Part shown: positions 1-12,823 of the stretch, piece after piece
How positions within the stretch are numbered: the stretch's first letter is position 1
Layout of the letters: each line of letters opens with the position of its first letter
Assembly: GCF_006345805.1 (NCBI RefSeq)
Contig: NC_043026.1
Location: forward strand, 744,001-808,000
Origin: Octopus sinensis
Lineage: Eukaryota
Length of the DNA stretch: 64,000 nt
Reading direction: 5' to 3'
The notes under the pieces: generated by a model
What the model was told of the DNA's origin: nothing
What the model saw: only the letters and a program-made list of their open reading frames with translations
Databases searched by the model: none
Translations under genes and position numbers: made by a program

Positions 1-430
1 GTATATAAATATATTTGTATACGTGTCATTGTTTTGACATTGTGTGATGTCATTCTTTTCATAAAAATAGCAACAATGATGATTGTGTATGTGTGTGTGT
101 GCATGTGTGTGTCCATGCATATGCATGTATATGTGTGTGTTAATGTGTAATGTTATCTTGACATTGCATGATGATTGCAAACGAGCATTGTTGACGTACA
201 AACAAGTTTTCTCATTTTCAGCTTTCCATGGAAAAAAAAAAAAAAAGAAACCTATCTGGCTATGGGAGAATATCTTGCTTGGAAAGAGGTGAGGATTAGC
301 AACAGGAAAGGCATCCAGCTGTAGAAAATTTCAACAAATTTCGTGTGACCCATGCACGCAGAGAAACAATGATCTTAAATGGTGATTATGAAGACTGAAG
401 ATGATATATAACAGAAAAACAAGAGAGGAG

Positions 431-461
<31 letters not shown>

Positions 462-577
462 CATATGTATAGAAATTGATTAATTAGCAAACAGATTCTA
501 GGCGAATATCTTATTTTCTTTGTCACCACCCTCATTCTCTCTTTCTTTATACACACACACACACACATATATATATA

Positions 578-915
578 TTACGGAGATGTACTTGCATAGC
601 AAGTGACCTGATCTGAGATTGTGTGCTGGAACGAAAACAATTGCATCATGGAAGGTGTTTATAAGCCATTTAAGAAACACACAAAAACCGTTAGATTCAC
701 TTCAAAATTTAAATTTAATTTGTCAAAATATTTTCATTGCTTTGAGACTGCGACCTGTTCACTGACAATGCAGCATGAAGTTTTGTCAGTGAAGAGGTCA
801 CGGTCTTAAAGCAACGAAAATATTTTGACAAATTAAATTTAAATTTTGAAGTGAATCTAAAGGCTTTGTGTGTTTCTTAAATGGATTACAAACACCTTCC
901 ACGCTGCAATTGTTT
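578..915. mobile_element. Fold-back element in (TA)n, family 1
   Basis: ~134-bp inverted arms (635-768 / 783-915) plus a one-sided ~57-bp tail. A second copy lies at 12049-12358. Confidence 0.8.
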
Positions 916-965
916 ATATATATATAGATGTCCAAACTACACACACACATATATATATATACAGA

Positions 966-1506
966 CAGTGGTGGACTGGCGAGGTTGCCAGCATGCCCGA
1001 TGGCAAGGGGGGCCCCTGCCCCAATAGAGTCCATATATGGGGACCCACATAAGTATCTAAGAGGCTCATCTCCTCAAGTTTGAGAATTTTTTATTCACTT
1101 CCGGAAGAATACATTATTTTAGCCTGGCTGTGTTTGTAGACAGTGGAAAAGAATACTTGTAACCCTTTCAATACCAGCCCCATGGAAACCGCCTCTGGCT
1201 CTGTAGTACAAATGTCTTGTTTTCATAAGTTCTGAATTAAAATTCTTCCACCAAACCTTAGTCACAATTTATGTTCCTAACACTAGGTTAATGATAATGA
1301 AGCTATTTTACTAAATTCTTCGTTATATTTAAAATTAATTGAAAGAAACACAGAACATCTCAAAATAAATATGGTGACGAAAGGGTTAACAAAAAAAAAT
1401 TAAATGATAGCATTGTAGTTGTGGCTGGGCCCTCTTGTAGTTGTGGCTGGGCCCCCTTGTAGTTGTGGGTGGGTTCCCTTAGTCTCCTGGCAACCGCCTG
1501 CCACTG
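966..1506. mobile_element. MITE with CAGTGG termini containing a nested piggyBac-like MITE (1163-1385)
   Basis: CAGTGG...GGTTGCCAG pairs with CTGGCAACC...CCACTG. The inner element is gtaa|CCCTTTC...GAAAGGG|ttaa. A 20-bp unit is repeated three times at ~1414-1478. Confidence 0.55.
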
Positions 1507-1669
1507 TGTACACACATATATACACGTATATACACATATTGTTTCCTACCTACATAAGCAACATCAAATATTTTTCAGTCCCACAATGTTAAAATGCAAC
1601 TCTAGATGCTGCTCTGATAAAGTGTCCTTCCAATAGAATCAATCACAGATATGGTCTTGACTTTCCTCC

Positions 1670-2078
1670 AGGTGCAGGAGTGGCTTTGTGGTAAGTAGCT
1701 TGTTTACCAGCCACATGGTTCTGGGTTCAGTCCCACTGCGTGGCACCTTGGGCAAGTGTCTTCTTCTATAGCCTCGGGCCGACCAAAGCCTTGTGAGTGG
1801 ATTTGGTAGACGGAAACTGAAAGAATCCCATCGTATATATGTATATATATATGTGTGTGTGTGTGTATGTGTGTCTGTGTTTGTCCCCCTAGCATTGCTT
1901 GACAACCGATGCTGGTGTGTTTACGTCTCCGTTACTTAGCAGTTCGGCAAAAGAGACCGATAGAATAAGTACAGGGCTTACAAAAGAATAAGCCCCGGAG
2001 TTGAGTTGCTCGACTAAAGGCGGTGCTCCAGCATGGCCGCAGTCAAATGACTGAAACAAGTAAAAGATTAAAAGAAAG
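1670..2078 (+). mobile_element. tRNA-derived SINE family A, full length
   Basis: A/B-box-like head (TGGCT.TGTGG...GGTTCAGTCCC), an internal TA/TG microsatellite, and a GGCGGTGCTCCAGCATGGCC...TAAAAGA tail. Confidence 0.85.
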
Positions 2079-2199
2079 AGAGAGTATAAAAATCATTGAT
2101 GAGCAACGACAGAAGAAATGAAGTGGAACAAAAACAGCTGAAACTAATGAAAGAAGATGGGCTGGGTTAGGTCCTTCGTTAGCTTAATTGGATCACTCA

Positions 2200-2585
2200 C
2201 AGAGACACAGCCACACACAGGCAGAGACACATGCACGTGTGCATGTGCACACAGACACACACTCACAGACACAGATACATACACACACAGACACACACTC
2301 ACGCAGACACACGCACACACAAAGCCACACACACACACAGACACATACAGACATGCACACACACACTCAGAAACACACACAGACAAATACACTTGCACAC
2401 ACACATACACACTCTCACACACACTGATACACTCACACAGACACACACTTGCACACACACATACACACACACATTTATACACACACACACGCTCAGACAT
2501 ACATACATGCACTCAATCTCACACACACACACACACACACCACACATGCACACACACACTCACACACACACACACATACACACAA
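2200..2585. repeat. Degenerate (CA)n tract
   Basis: Visible directly. Confidence 0.95.
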
Positions 2586-3034
2586 AATAAAACACAGCAA
2601 AACAGTACATTTTCGTAGACTGAAATTTTATAAAAAGCAAGCAAAAAGATCCGTATCATTGAAGACATGCATCTTAATGGAAAATGTTTGCGACTGAGCC
2701 ATGTTGTGGCCACCACTACTGACTACTATGACTACTGACCGACACATAAACAACAGTCATTAAAAACAAAACAAATAGATATAATCATCATCATCATCAT
2801 CACTTAACATTGTTCGCAACTTTCTCTCTCTCTCTCTCATGTGAATGCTAGTCTCTTCCTTCCCTCTTCCCCTCCACCTCTCTCTCTCTCCTCCTTTCTG
2901 TTAGTCTTTCTCTTTGTTGCTACTCTCCTCGGTAACATCACTACCACCACCTCCATCCCCACCATGAACTGTATTTGATTAATTTCACTTAGTAAAAACA
3001 TCAAACATCACAGGTACATACTTATAGTATATAT

Positions 3035-3250
3035 AGTTAGTTAGTTAGTTAATTTTTTGGCTCAAAAAGCAAACAGCAAGGCCATGTAGGGGGACATGGA
3101 GTTATGTACAGGGTGGTGTTCATGTAAAGAGTTCAGGCCACTTGTGGTCAAGGGAGACTTTGAACCGAGCGGTCGTCGGCATCTTCACCATCTCGTCTGG
3201 CAGCTTGTTCCACGGATCCGCAACCCGGACGGAGAAAGCCCCTCTCCTTC
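3035..3250 (-). mobile_element. CR1-clade LINE 3' fragment
   Basis: AFSVRVADPWNKLPDEMVKMPTTARFKVSLD* matches the CR1 ORF2 C-terminal pattern (FS.RV...WN.LP...V......FK..LD). (CTAA)n tail. Confidence 0.75.
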
Positions 3251-3261
3251 AATATGACAAT

Positions 3262-3565
3262 TAATGAGGAAGTGGCTGAGCACTCCACAGACATGTGTAC
3301 CCTTAATGTAGTTCTCAGGGAGATTCAGCATCACACACAATGTGACAAGGCTGGCCCCTTTGGAATACAGGTACAAAAGAAACAGGAAGAAAGAGTGAGA
3401 GAAAATTGCGGTGAAAGAGTAGAGCAGGGTTCGCCACCACTCCCTGCCTGAGCCTCATGGAGCTTTAGGCGTTTTTACTCAATAAACACTCACAATGACC
3501 GGTCTGGGAATTGAAACTGCGAACCTACAATCACAAGTCCGCTGCCCTAACCACTGGGCCATTAC

Positions 3566-3637
<72 letters not shown>

Positions 3638-3940
3638 GTCACCGTGACCGACCAGGTTATCAGATGTTGCTATACATCGCTGGTCACAATGCGCTTTGCA
3701 TTGTTTTAGCCTTCAAATGGCGCCACCCTGCTGGCTAAGTGAGCAAGCCAACAGAAGAAAGAGTGAGAGAAAGTTGCGGCGAAAGAGTACAGCAGGGTTC
3801 GCCACCACCTCCTGCCAGAGCCTCATGGAGCTTTAGGTATTTTCATTCAATAAACACTCACAACGACCAGTCTGGGAATTGAAACTGCGATCCTACAACC
3901 ACAAGTCTGCTGCCCTAACCACTGGGCCATTACACCTCCA
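3262..3940 (-). mobile_element. Two tRNA-derived SINE family C copies (3262-3570, 3640-3940) with different 3' tails
   Basis: tRNA-like head TGGCCCAGTGGTTAGGGCAGC...GTTTCAATTCCC on the minus strand and a shared core. Confidence 0.8.
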
Positions 3941-4147
3941 TATATGTATGTATGTATGTACGTACGTACGTATGTACATACAAACATGACAGGCTTCTTT
4001 CAGTTTCCATCTACGAAATCCACTCACAAAGCTTGATACCATAGTAGAAATGAATAATGTTTTTGATTTGGTTGTGTTATAACTTGCTGTATATCTACAA
4101 GCGAAATTCAGAACAGCTCAAGACTGACATAGACCAATATATAAAGA

Positions 4148-4455
4148 TTAGCAGTATCGCCCGGCGTTGCTCGGGTTTGTAAAGGAAATAACTATATAAG
4201 CATTTTTAGAGAGTTACTTCCCTTATATAACCTGAGCAAAAATCATTAAAAATGCGGAAAAATGATGGTAAATTTTTTTTTTAAATCGTAGACTCATTGT
4301 AGAAGCGCGCTAATACCCAGAAGGGCTCGATATGAATGACGACTATAAGATACCCGCTTTTGGTTAAACTGCACTGCAAAATGTGGGAGTAGTTAGGAAT
4401 CTAAATCGGAGGAGACAGAGTCTCACACACACAACTTGAATTTTATATATAAAGA
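4148..4455 (-). mobile_element. Non-autonomous Helitron-type element
   Basis: 5' A|TC, a 3' hairpin CCCGAGC-AAC-GCCGGG, then CTAA|T. It is a deleted version of 23035-23552. Confidence 0.75.
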
Positions 4456-4794
4456 TTTGCAAACAGTTTGCATATACAAATGCTACCATTTAGAAGCTGT
4501 GCATACCACACCCTAGCAGCAGGCTTATGGGATCACTAGAAGAGAATGCGCACCATTATGGGACCTTCTTCTCAACAGCATTATTGTGCACTTGGCTCTC
4601 TCACTGAGACGAGGCCCCACTTGCTTAGAGGAACTGGTTACTAGACTTTGCTCAATATTCTTCTGGCCATTTGCTCACAATCTCTTTTTAACCAAATCTT
4701 GTGGTTTGCCCTTTCCACTGTAGCAGGGATATTGCTCATGATGGTGTTTGCTTTACGTTGAGTTGGGCCTAGCACCAACAAACATTGTCTCATA

Positions 4795-5019
4795 CTTATT
4801 TCCTTTACTACCCACAAGGGGCTAAACACAGAGGGGACAAACAAGGACAGACAAACGGATTAAGTCGATTACATTGACCCCAGTGCATAACTGGTACTTA
4901 ATTTATCGACCCCGAAAGGATGAAAGGCAAAGTCAACCTCGGCAGAATTTGAACTCAGAATGTAAAGACAGATGAAATACCGCTAGGCATTTCGTACAGC
5001 GTGCTAACGTTTCTGTCAC

Positions 5020-5020
<1 letters not shown>
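4795..5020 (-). mobile_element. SINE family B
   Basis: GAGTTCAAATT B-box-like motif and body GTCGACTTTGCCTTTCATCC...CCCCTTGTGGG. Confidence 0.8.
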
Positions 5021-5051
<31 letters not shown>

Positions 5052-6159
5052 CTGTATGTGTGTTGTTGTTGTTGTTGTTGTTGATGTAGCAGATGTCATT
5101 TATGAAAATTTATAAAATTTTGATAAAATCTAAAATAATTCTTTTTCTTTTTTTTTTTTTTTTTGGAAGCGTAGATTTCGAAGCAGATGAAGCTAGAAAT
5201 AACAGCTTGTGAATAAAGGGCTGAAAACCCCTTCTAGATAGAAAGTGCCCTCAAAGTAAACTTAGCAACAACACAGGTTAAAGCCTTAGTTGCTGCAGTT
5301 GTGCTTGATATGCAGAAAAAGAAAAAAAAGAACAGCTAGGTGCACAAAAGATGTAATAGAATGAGGGACAGACTGAAAAGCAAGGACGTGCCACCTGGGT
5401 AGGTAAGGTAGGCAGTGTCTACCCTGAATAAAATAGGTCGATAGCAACATTTTCCTTTTATGGCAAAATATGTACCTAATTCAATAAAATCATGAGGGTT
5501 ACTCTGATTACTATGCATAAAATGCAAAATACTTTACTTTTTTGTAGATGGGGTGGGCATAATTCGCCCCTGCCTTTCAATCTCAGTATTTAAGCTATCC
5601 ACTGTTCTGCTGTAGTACACACGCTGCGTACATTCCTACAACAACGTTTTTTATATATGCTATAATGACAGAAGTAAGTCTGCCTTCAACTCAGTCATAC
5701 AGCTGTTTCGCTTATTTTTTGTGTGTTTTACTACATAAACGTCACCAACTGCCTACCCTGAGTAATTACTGACGGCACGTGCCCGCTGAGAAGGAAGGAG
5801 GTCTGTGACAGATGTATTGGAGTGAGAAGCAGTAAGGTTAGCCATAATTGAAGTTCTTTTAAAGTGGTGGAATGCTTCAGAAAATTAGTCAATAGCTTGT
5901 TACACAAATGACCGAATTAATAGTAAATATGGGTCCTGTGAAAGCAAATAAGACATAGGAAGAAAAGAGTGGGAAAAAGCTTGAGTAGCTATCATCTCTA
6001 CTGGCAATAAGGAAATTTTCTTTCCAAAACAAGGCTGGATTGTATGATGCTCATGTGCAAAGTGCAATGTAGCATGGCAGAGGAAGATTTGCTTGAAATG
6101 TGACGGATGAACAGGAATGAAATGGACACACCTTAGCGAATACATACACATACATATAA

Positions 6160-6491
6160 ATTTTTAATAATTATGAGTATAATTATAATTAGGGTTCATC
6201 AAAAATTTGCTTCACCACATACTGAAATTTAGAAATAGCATTTAAAACTAACTGTTTCTCTACCATGAGAAAATCTCTCAAACAAGAAATAGTTAGTTTT
6301 AACTGCTATTTCTAAATTTTGGTATGTGGTGAAGCAAATTTTTGCTGAACTCTAATTATAATTATACTTATAATTATAAAAATTTTTGTTTAAGTTTACC
6401 GATAATAGTTCTTTTAACATACCGAACTACTTGGTAAAATTATTAATTATTAATTAATTAATTAATTTTACCCTGTATTATTATCATTATT

Positions 6492-6495
<4 letters not shown>
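6160..6495. mobile_element. Fold-back element in (TA)n, family 2
   Basis: Inverted arms ~6161-6257 / 6284-6385 plus a tail. An inverted homologue lies at 42886-43272. Confidence 0.75.
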
Positions 6496-6544
<49 letters not shown>

Positions 6545-6811
6545 ATTATGACTTGAAATTATATTTAATAATATGAATAGTTTTTTTTTTTTATATTTAT
6601 GTAATTAGATATTGACTATAACTGAGATTAGATTATTTGTGGGTTTCTTACCTTAAAAATTAATATTTAACATTATAATCCATTGTATGACATAATCATA
6701 ATCGTTAAAGTTTCTAGTTTGATAATAATAGAGTTTTTTATTAAAATGATTATTTTATTTTTTTCTTAAAAAATATTGTTTAAATATTTCTGATTATTTA
6801 TTTAAATATTA

Positions 6812-6914
6812 TCATTAACCTGAAGATTGACTATAACCATAATTCGAATTATTAATTGAATTTAAATTATTGTTATTCGAATTTGTTTATGGGCATGAAA
6901 CGATCGTAATGGTT
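6812..6914 (+). ncRNA. Hammerhead-like motif with a long helix II
   Basis: CTGAAGA (6820-6826), a ~70-nt imperfect hairpin containing AATTCGAAT/ATTCGAATT, then GAAA and the palindrome ACGATCGT. Helix I register is ambiguous. Confidence 0.45.
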
Positions 6915-7799
6915 TTACTCTTTATCTTATATTAAACTTTTTGATAGTTATTTATATATATATATATATATATATAAAAACAGAAAGATAATGTGAACAG
7001 AAAATGAATTAGATGAAGGGATGAGAGTCATGAACTGGTCATTGTATGGGGTAATATGAATAGTGGGCCAAGAAGAAATGCCGAGTGATCTGAGTATAAG
7101 GGCTATGACCATCTTTGGCAACAATTATTTAACATTGCTAATTTGATGCTGACCTGGCATCAGGCTTTTTAATCTTTCTCTCATTCTCTCTCTCTCTCCC
7201 TCTCTCTCTTTCCCAGAATATCTACGCTAGCATATTTCCTTCATCCGATTGTGGCCGTTTGTCAGCCTTGTCTGGCACCTGAGCAGGTGGCATGTAAAAA
7301 GCACCCACTACACTCACGGAGTGGTTGGCGTTAGGAAGGGCATCCAGCCGTAGAAACATTGCCAGATCGGACTGGGCTTGGTGCAGTCTTCTGGCTTCCC
7401 AGACCCCAGGTGAACCGTCCAACCCATGCTAGCATGGAAAATGGACATTAAACAATGATGAGTTTGTAAAGAGGGAGATTGTTCGCCCCTAATGCCAAAA
7501 TGTGCTGTCGCGCCAAATCACGTCCAATGCCCGGTCAGCCGTGACACATTGTCGGCATCAACGAAGCCCTGCTCGGTCGGTCGGCTCGTTCCAGAGTGGT
7601 AGTGACCGGTAGGTCTCTGCCGATGAGAAAACAAACGATGATATGGAAAGAAGTAGCGAAGACCAATCTTGGGAGGCTGAACCTTACCGAGGGAGATGAT
7701 GACAGAGGACTGTAACAAATGATGAGAGATATCGTGCTGGAGAAGACTGACCCGATTCATGCAAGCATAGAAATATGGACAGAAAATGATGATGACAAT

Positions 7800-7829
7800 G
7801 ATGTATATATGCTTGTATATATATACACA

Positions 7830-7865
<36 letters not shown>

Positions 7866-7900
7866 ATATATATATATATATATATAATACACACACATGC

Positions 7901-7943
<43 letters not shown>

Positions 7944-8160
7944 ATATATATTATATATATATATATATATGTAATATTATATATATAATATATATATATA
8001 TATCACACATGCATATATACAACAAACATATATATATATATATAATATACATATGTATATATATGTAGATATATGTGTATATATATATATGTATTATATG
8101 TATACATATATGTATATATATGTATACATATATATGTATGTGTATATATGTATATATATA

Positions 8161-8194
<34 letters not shown>

Positions 8195-8730
8195 CATGTT
8201 TGTATGCATATTTGAAGAGAAAGTGAGAGAGGAATACAATGAAAAAAAGAAAAACAAAATACAAACGTTGAAACTGAAATAAATTTTAAAATGGTACAAC
8301 AACTACATATATACCCAAATATGGACATATAGTCACTAAAAGAGGAGGTAGAAAAAAAACTGCAGTATGCATTTGACATTGAAAACGACTATGTGTGTGT
8401 GTTGTGTGTGTGCATGTGTGTGCGTGTGTACTCAAACATAAATATATATATTTGTACACACACACACACACACAACACACACACACAGATGTATAGAATA
8501 GAATTTATTAAAAAAAAAATTTAATTAATTTAAATAATAGCAAAAAAAAAATATTTAATAATAATTGTGGACCAACAGGGATTAGACTCAAACCTAAGAG
8601 ATACTCACACAAGGAACTGAGCATTACTGTGATACATATACATACATATACATATATACACACACACACACACACATATACATTTGTAAGGATGTATTAT
8701 ATATATATATATATACACAACACACACAAC

Positions 8731-8761
<31 letters not shown>

Positions 8762-8798
8762 CATATATATACATATACATATATATATATATATATAC

Positions 8799-8843
<45 letters not shown>

Positions 8844-9007
8844 ATACGTATATATTATATATATATACGTATAATATATATATATATATTATATATATAT
8901 ATTATGTATATATATATATGTATATATAGTATATATATATATAATGTATATACGTACTCATAAATATATACTTATATCTGCATAATACCTATGTGTATAA
9001 TATTGAA

Positions 9008-9067
<60 letters not shown>

Positions 9068-9090
9068 ACATGTACACACACATATATACA
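7800..9090. repeat. (TA)n-dominated low-complexity region
   Basis: Visible directly. Similar tracts lie at 11160-11750, 42200-42700 and 45750-46080. Confidence 0.95.
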
Positions 9091-9410
9091 TACTGTTAAA
9101 AACATGACTATTAAATAATTTTAGAATATTCTTTAACTATGGTTTACATATTTCACAGACTCCATCTTCGTTTGCTGTACTCTTCAAACTATATACAACT
9201 TCTCCATTGAATGGCTGAGACTAATTTCTAATATTTCTTATGTGTGTCTGTTGTGTGTGTGAGGAGGGGGGGGGTGAGAAAGAGAGAGAGAGAGAGATCA
9301 AAAGGATAAAATGAGGGTTAGCGAGAGAGAGAGAGAAGCAGATATATAAGTTGTTCATCTCATCATTTAATGGTCAGTGTCCCCCTGAGCTGGCAAGGGC
9401 TGGACTATAC

Positions 9411-9790
9411 ATAATAATAATGAAATTATTGTATATAGTGCTCAGGTGCACCACAACTTGTCAGAAAGTGCGTATAAAGCCTATGCAGTAATGTACAAAT
9501 GCCTGGGAAGCGAACAATGTATGAGTCAGATACATGCTTGCGTGTGTATGGAGGGGAGAAGATCAGGTGTAGTGTTGGCGAATCTCAGGAAGCATGGAAG
9601 TTTTGAAGGATGCAGTGCTCCGACAACTAACAACTGATGCCAGCAGTTTGTTCCATGCTTCAGCAACTCTCAGCGTGAAAAAATGTTTCCGAAAGTCATG
9701 TAGGGAGCTGTGCTGTTTTCTGACTTTGTAAACATGTCCACGGGTGTTAGACAGGTGGAGTTTGAAAAGGTGCTCAGAGTTATTGTTTCC
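9411..9790 (-). mobile_element. CR1-clade LINE 3' fragment
   Basis: NTRGHVYKV...FRKHFFTLRVAEAWNKL...SFK, followed by a 3' UTR and (TTA)n tail. Confidence 0.8.
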
Positions 9791-9969
9791 TGTTTGATAG
9801 GATCTGATAGGTTCAAGGATTGCATTGTGCTCTAAAGTCTGCTTCTGCAATTGGATGCCCTTCCTAACAGCAACCACTTCACAGTGTACACTGGGTGCTG
9901 TGTTCTTGGCTCTGGCGCCAGCACTAGTGAGGTTGTCATGTAACTTGCAAGACAAAAAAAGATGAGAGA

Positions 9970-10392
9970 AAAAGGCGGTGAGCTGGCAGAAACATAAGTG
10001 CGCCGGGCGAAATGCTTAGCGGTGTTTGGTCTGCCATTACGTTCTGATTTCAAATTCCACCAAGGTCGACTTTGCCTTTCATCCTTTTGGAGTCGATAAA
10101 TAAAGTACCAGTTACGCACTGGAGTCGATGTAATCGACTTAATCTCTTCGTCCGTCCTTGTTTGTCCCCTCTATGTTTAGCCCCTTGTGGGTAGTAAAGA
10201 AATAGGTATTTCGTCTGTTTTTATGTTCTGAGTTCAAATTCCACTGAAATCGACCTTGCCTTTCATCCTTTCGGGGTCGATAAATAAAATACCAGTTATG
10301 CACTGGGGTCGATGTAATTGACTTAATCCCTTCGTCTGTCCTTGTTTGTCCCCTCTATGTTTAGCCCCTTGTGGATAGTAAAGAAATAAGAA
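9970..10392 (+). mobile_element. SINE family B, head plus 2 tandem bodies
   Basis: Head AAGGCGGTGAGCTGGCAGAA followed by the ~184-bp body twice. Confidence 0.85.
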
Positions 10393-10559
10393 AAACATGA
10401 GTGGAAAAGGAAACAGGGAAAGCCCCTCACTAGAAAAGCACCAGGCTTAAACCTAAATACTGGGGTTCGATTTCTTCAGCTAAAAGACTGTTACACATTC
10501 ATATCTATGTGTATATGTAGGTATATGTGTGTTGAATACATCTGCACTTTTGGCACTAT

Positions 10560-10565
10560 TTTATT
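10560..10565 (-). terminator. Possible polyadenylation signal AATAAA
   Basis: Minus-strand AATAAA downstream of the candidate stop. The hexamer is common in AT-rich DNA. Confidence 0.25.
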
Positions 10566-10873
10566 AGTAAACAGTACGAACTGTGTCTAAATATATAAGT
10601 ATCACTACGCTGAATGTCAGACAGTTCGTGTAACATGTAAAGCAAATAAACACGTAAACCAATAACAATGCCTTCATTTGAGTTGTCTATCACCCATCAA
10701 GAATGGAACTACACATAACAAAGACTTTAAGAAAATGCTCCAGAATGGTCTCTAGCCAATGAATGAATCAAATAAAAAACTAAAATAATAAGGGGCGACG
10801 TCTCTAACCATGAACATGACACTGTTAGCTAAAACCAAAACCCACCTCATTCACGTTTTTTCTTGTTTAGATG

Positions 10874-10968
10874 TCACGACGTGTGACAAGTGTCAGCCTT
10901 CCTTTCTAACCAAACATTGGTCGAGGTTTTTATATAGTTTGAATCAGTACAGGAAATAAAAGAATTCG
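10874..10968 (-). CDS. Candidate terminal coding exon (ANSFISCTDSNYIKTSTNVWLERKADTCHTS*)
   Basis: T-tract tttttttag|CG AAT... TGA. Phase 1 fits the 19-nt exon. AATAAA lies about 310 nt downstream on the minus strand. Confidence 0.45.
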
Positions 10969-11392
10969 CTAAAAAAAATATACATACATACATACATATA
11001 TATATATATGTATATACATACAGTAGTGTCGACTCCAGATAAAAAAGAGAATCAAAAGAAACCTTCAAAGGGAAGCAATTGGAGAATAAGTTAGGATTCA
11101 TGTTTTCAGCAGTACGTACATACAGAAGAGTTACTTCCCTTCTTACACGATACATTCGTACATATGTCTGTGTATACATACATATGTGTGTGGGTGTATG
11201 TATATATATATATGTGTGTGTATAATATATATATATATAATATATATATATATATTATATACATATATATAGATAGATAATAGATATATGTGCATGTGTG
11301 TGTGTATATATATATATAATACACACATCATCTATCTATATATATACATATGTGAGTGTGTGTATGTATGTATATGTATGTATATGCATATG

Positions 11393-11439
<47 letters not shown>

Positions 11440-11587
11440 ATATTATATATATATATGTATATTTATCTGTATGTATATATATGTTGTGTATATACATATA
11501 TATGTGTGTATATATATGTACATAATCACATACATTTATATATATACACACATATATACATATACATGTGTTAATGCATATGTGTGG

Positions 11588-11635
<48 letters not shown>

Positions 11636-11848
11636 ATATGCATGTATGTATACGTATATATATATACACGTGCACGTATATACATATGTGTACGTATGTA
11701 TGTATCTATTCACGAATATGTAATTATGTATGTATAAATGCACATGTATGTAAGTAAAATTGTCTAAGGTTTCTACAGGTAAGCTAGTTGCTATCACATA
11801 TGATATTAAAATATATATAGATATACATATATATATCGAAAAACTTAC

Positions 11849-11867
11849 CGATAAAAACACTCACACC
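11849..11867 (-). CDS. Candidate 19-nt microexon (GVSVFI+G)
   Basis: Branch-like CACTAAC (11893-11887). The first AG downstream is caag|GGTGTGAGTGTTTTTATCG|gtaagt, with a consensus donor. Phase 0 in and phase 1 out. Confidence 0.5.
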
Positions 11868-12048
11868 CTTGAGTCAAATCCCGTCGGTTAGTGCAATAAC
11901 AAGGTTTAAATGTAGATTATGTATTAGATATTATATAACATCTCATATAACTCGGGTGCTGTCTTTCATTATAATACAAAAAGCTTTAAAATTAATGATA
12001 TTATTGATAATAATAATTAAAGTATTATTGATAATACTATTTATAAAT

Positions 12049-12358
12049 ATTACGGAGATGTACTCGCATAGCAAGTGATTTGATCTGAGATCGTGTGCTG
12101 AAACGAAAACAATTGCAGCGTGGAAGGTGTTTGTAAGCCATTTAAGAAACACACAAAACCGTTAGATTCACTTCAACATTCAAGTTTAATTTGTCAAAAT
12201 ATTTTCGTCGCTTTAAGACCGCGACCTGTTCACTGACAAAAATCCGTGCAGCGACGAAAATATTTTGACAAATTAAACTTAAATGTTGAAGTGAATCGAA
12301 CGGCTTTTGTGTGTTTCTTAAATGGCTTACAAACACCTTCCACGCTGCAATTGTTTAT
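12049..12358. mobile_element. Fold-back element, family 1, copy 2
   Basis: Same tail (TTACGGAGATGTACT...) and arms as 578-915, with a shorter right arm. Confidence 0.8.
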
Positions 12359-12368
12359 TTATAAATAG

Positions 12369-12729
12369 TACGTTTATATATTTGTTGTGCAAGATTTTTT
12401 ATGTGAAGTCGTGTGTTGAAACAGATATTGTTATATTTCGGAATGGTCATTTTTTTGCCAGTTTAGCCAATAAAAAAACACACGCACTATATATTTGGTG
12501 TTGTCTTGCTTCAGTGTTTGTAAGGAGAGACACACAAATAAGAAAGAAGGAAACAAAGGACCACTGATGCGGTCACAGGAGAGTGACGAAAGAATTCTGG
12601 CCGAAATAAGATTAAGATTAATGTAAAAAATAAATAAATAAAACTGAAGCAAAACAACACCAAATATATAGTGCGTGTGGTTTTTATTGGCTAAACTGGC
12701 AAAATGACCATTCCGAAATATAACAATAT
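12369..12729 (+). mobile_element. Inverted-repeat element with hammerhead, family 3
   Basis: Arms ~12426-12514 / 12643-12729 enclose the hammerhead, with a one-sided tail and an end in a long (TA)n tract. Confidence 0.8.
12558..12602 (+). ncRNA. Hammerhead-like motif, variant core (CUGAUGCG)
   Basis: GGACCA-CTGATGCG-GTCAC(AGGAGA)GTGAC-GAAA-GAAT-TC^TGGCC. Confidence 0.55.
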
Positions 12730-12734
12730 ATAAA

Positions 12735-12823
<89 letters not shown>

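Noticed and set aside
780-832. Hammerhead in fold-back family 1 (and in families 2 and 6)
   Set aside because: Both core boxes are too degenerate (CAGUGA, UAAA) to call, although the layout in family 1 is suggestive.
9137-9214. Alternative phase-0 terminal exon PFNGEVVYSL...CKP*
   Set aside because: The acceptor lacks a pyrimidine tract. The resemblance to a cadherin motif is too short to count.
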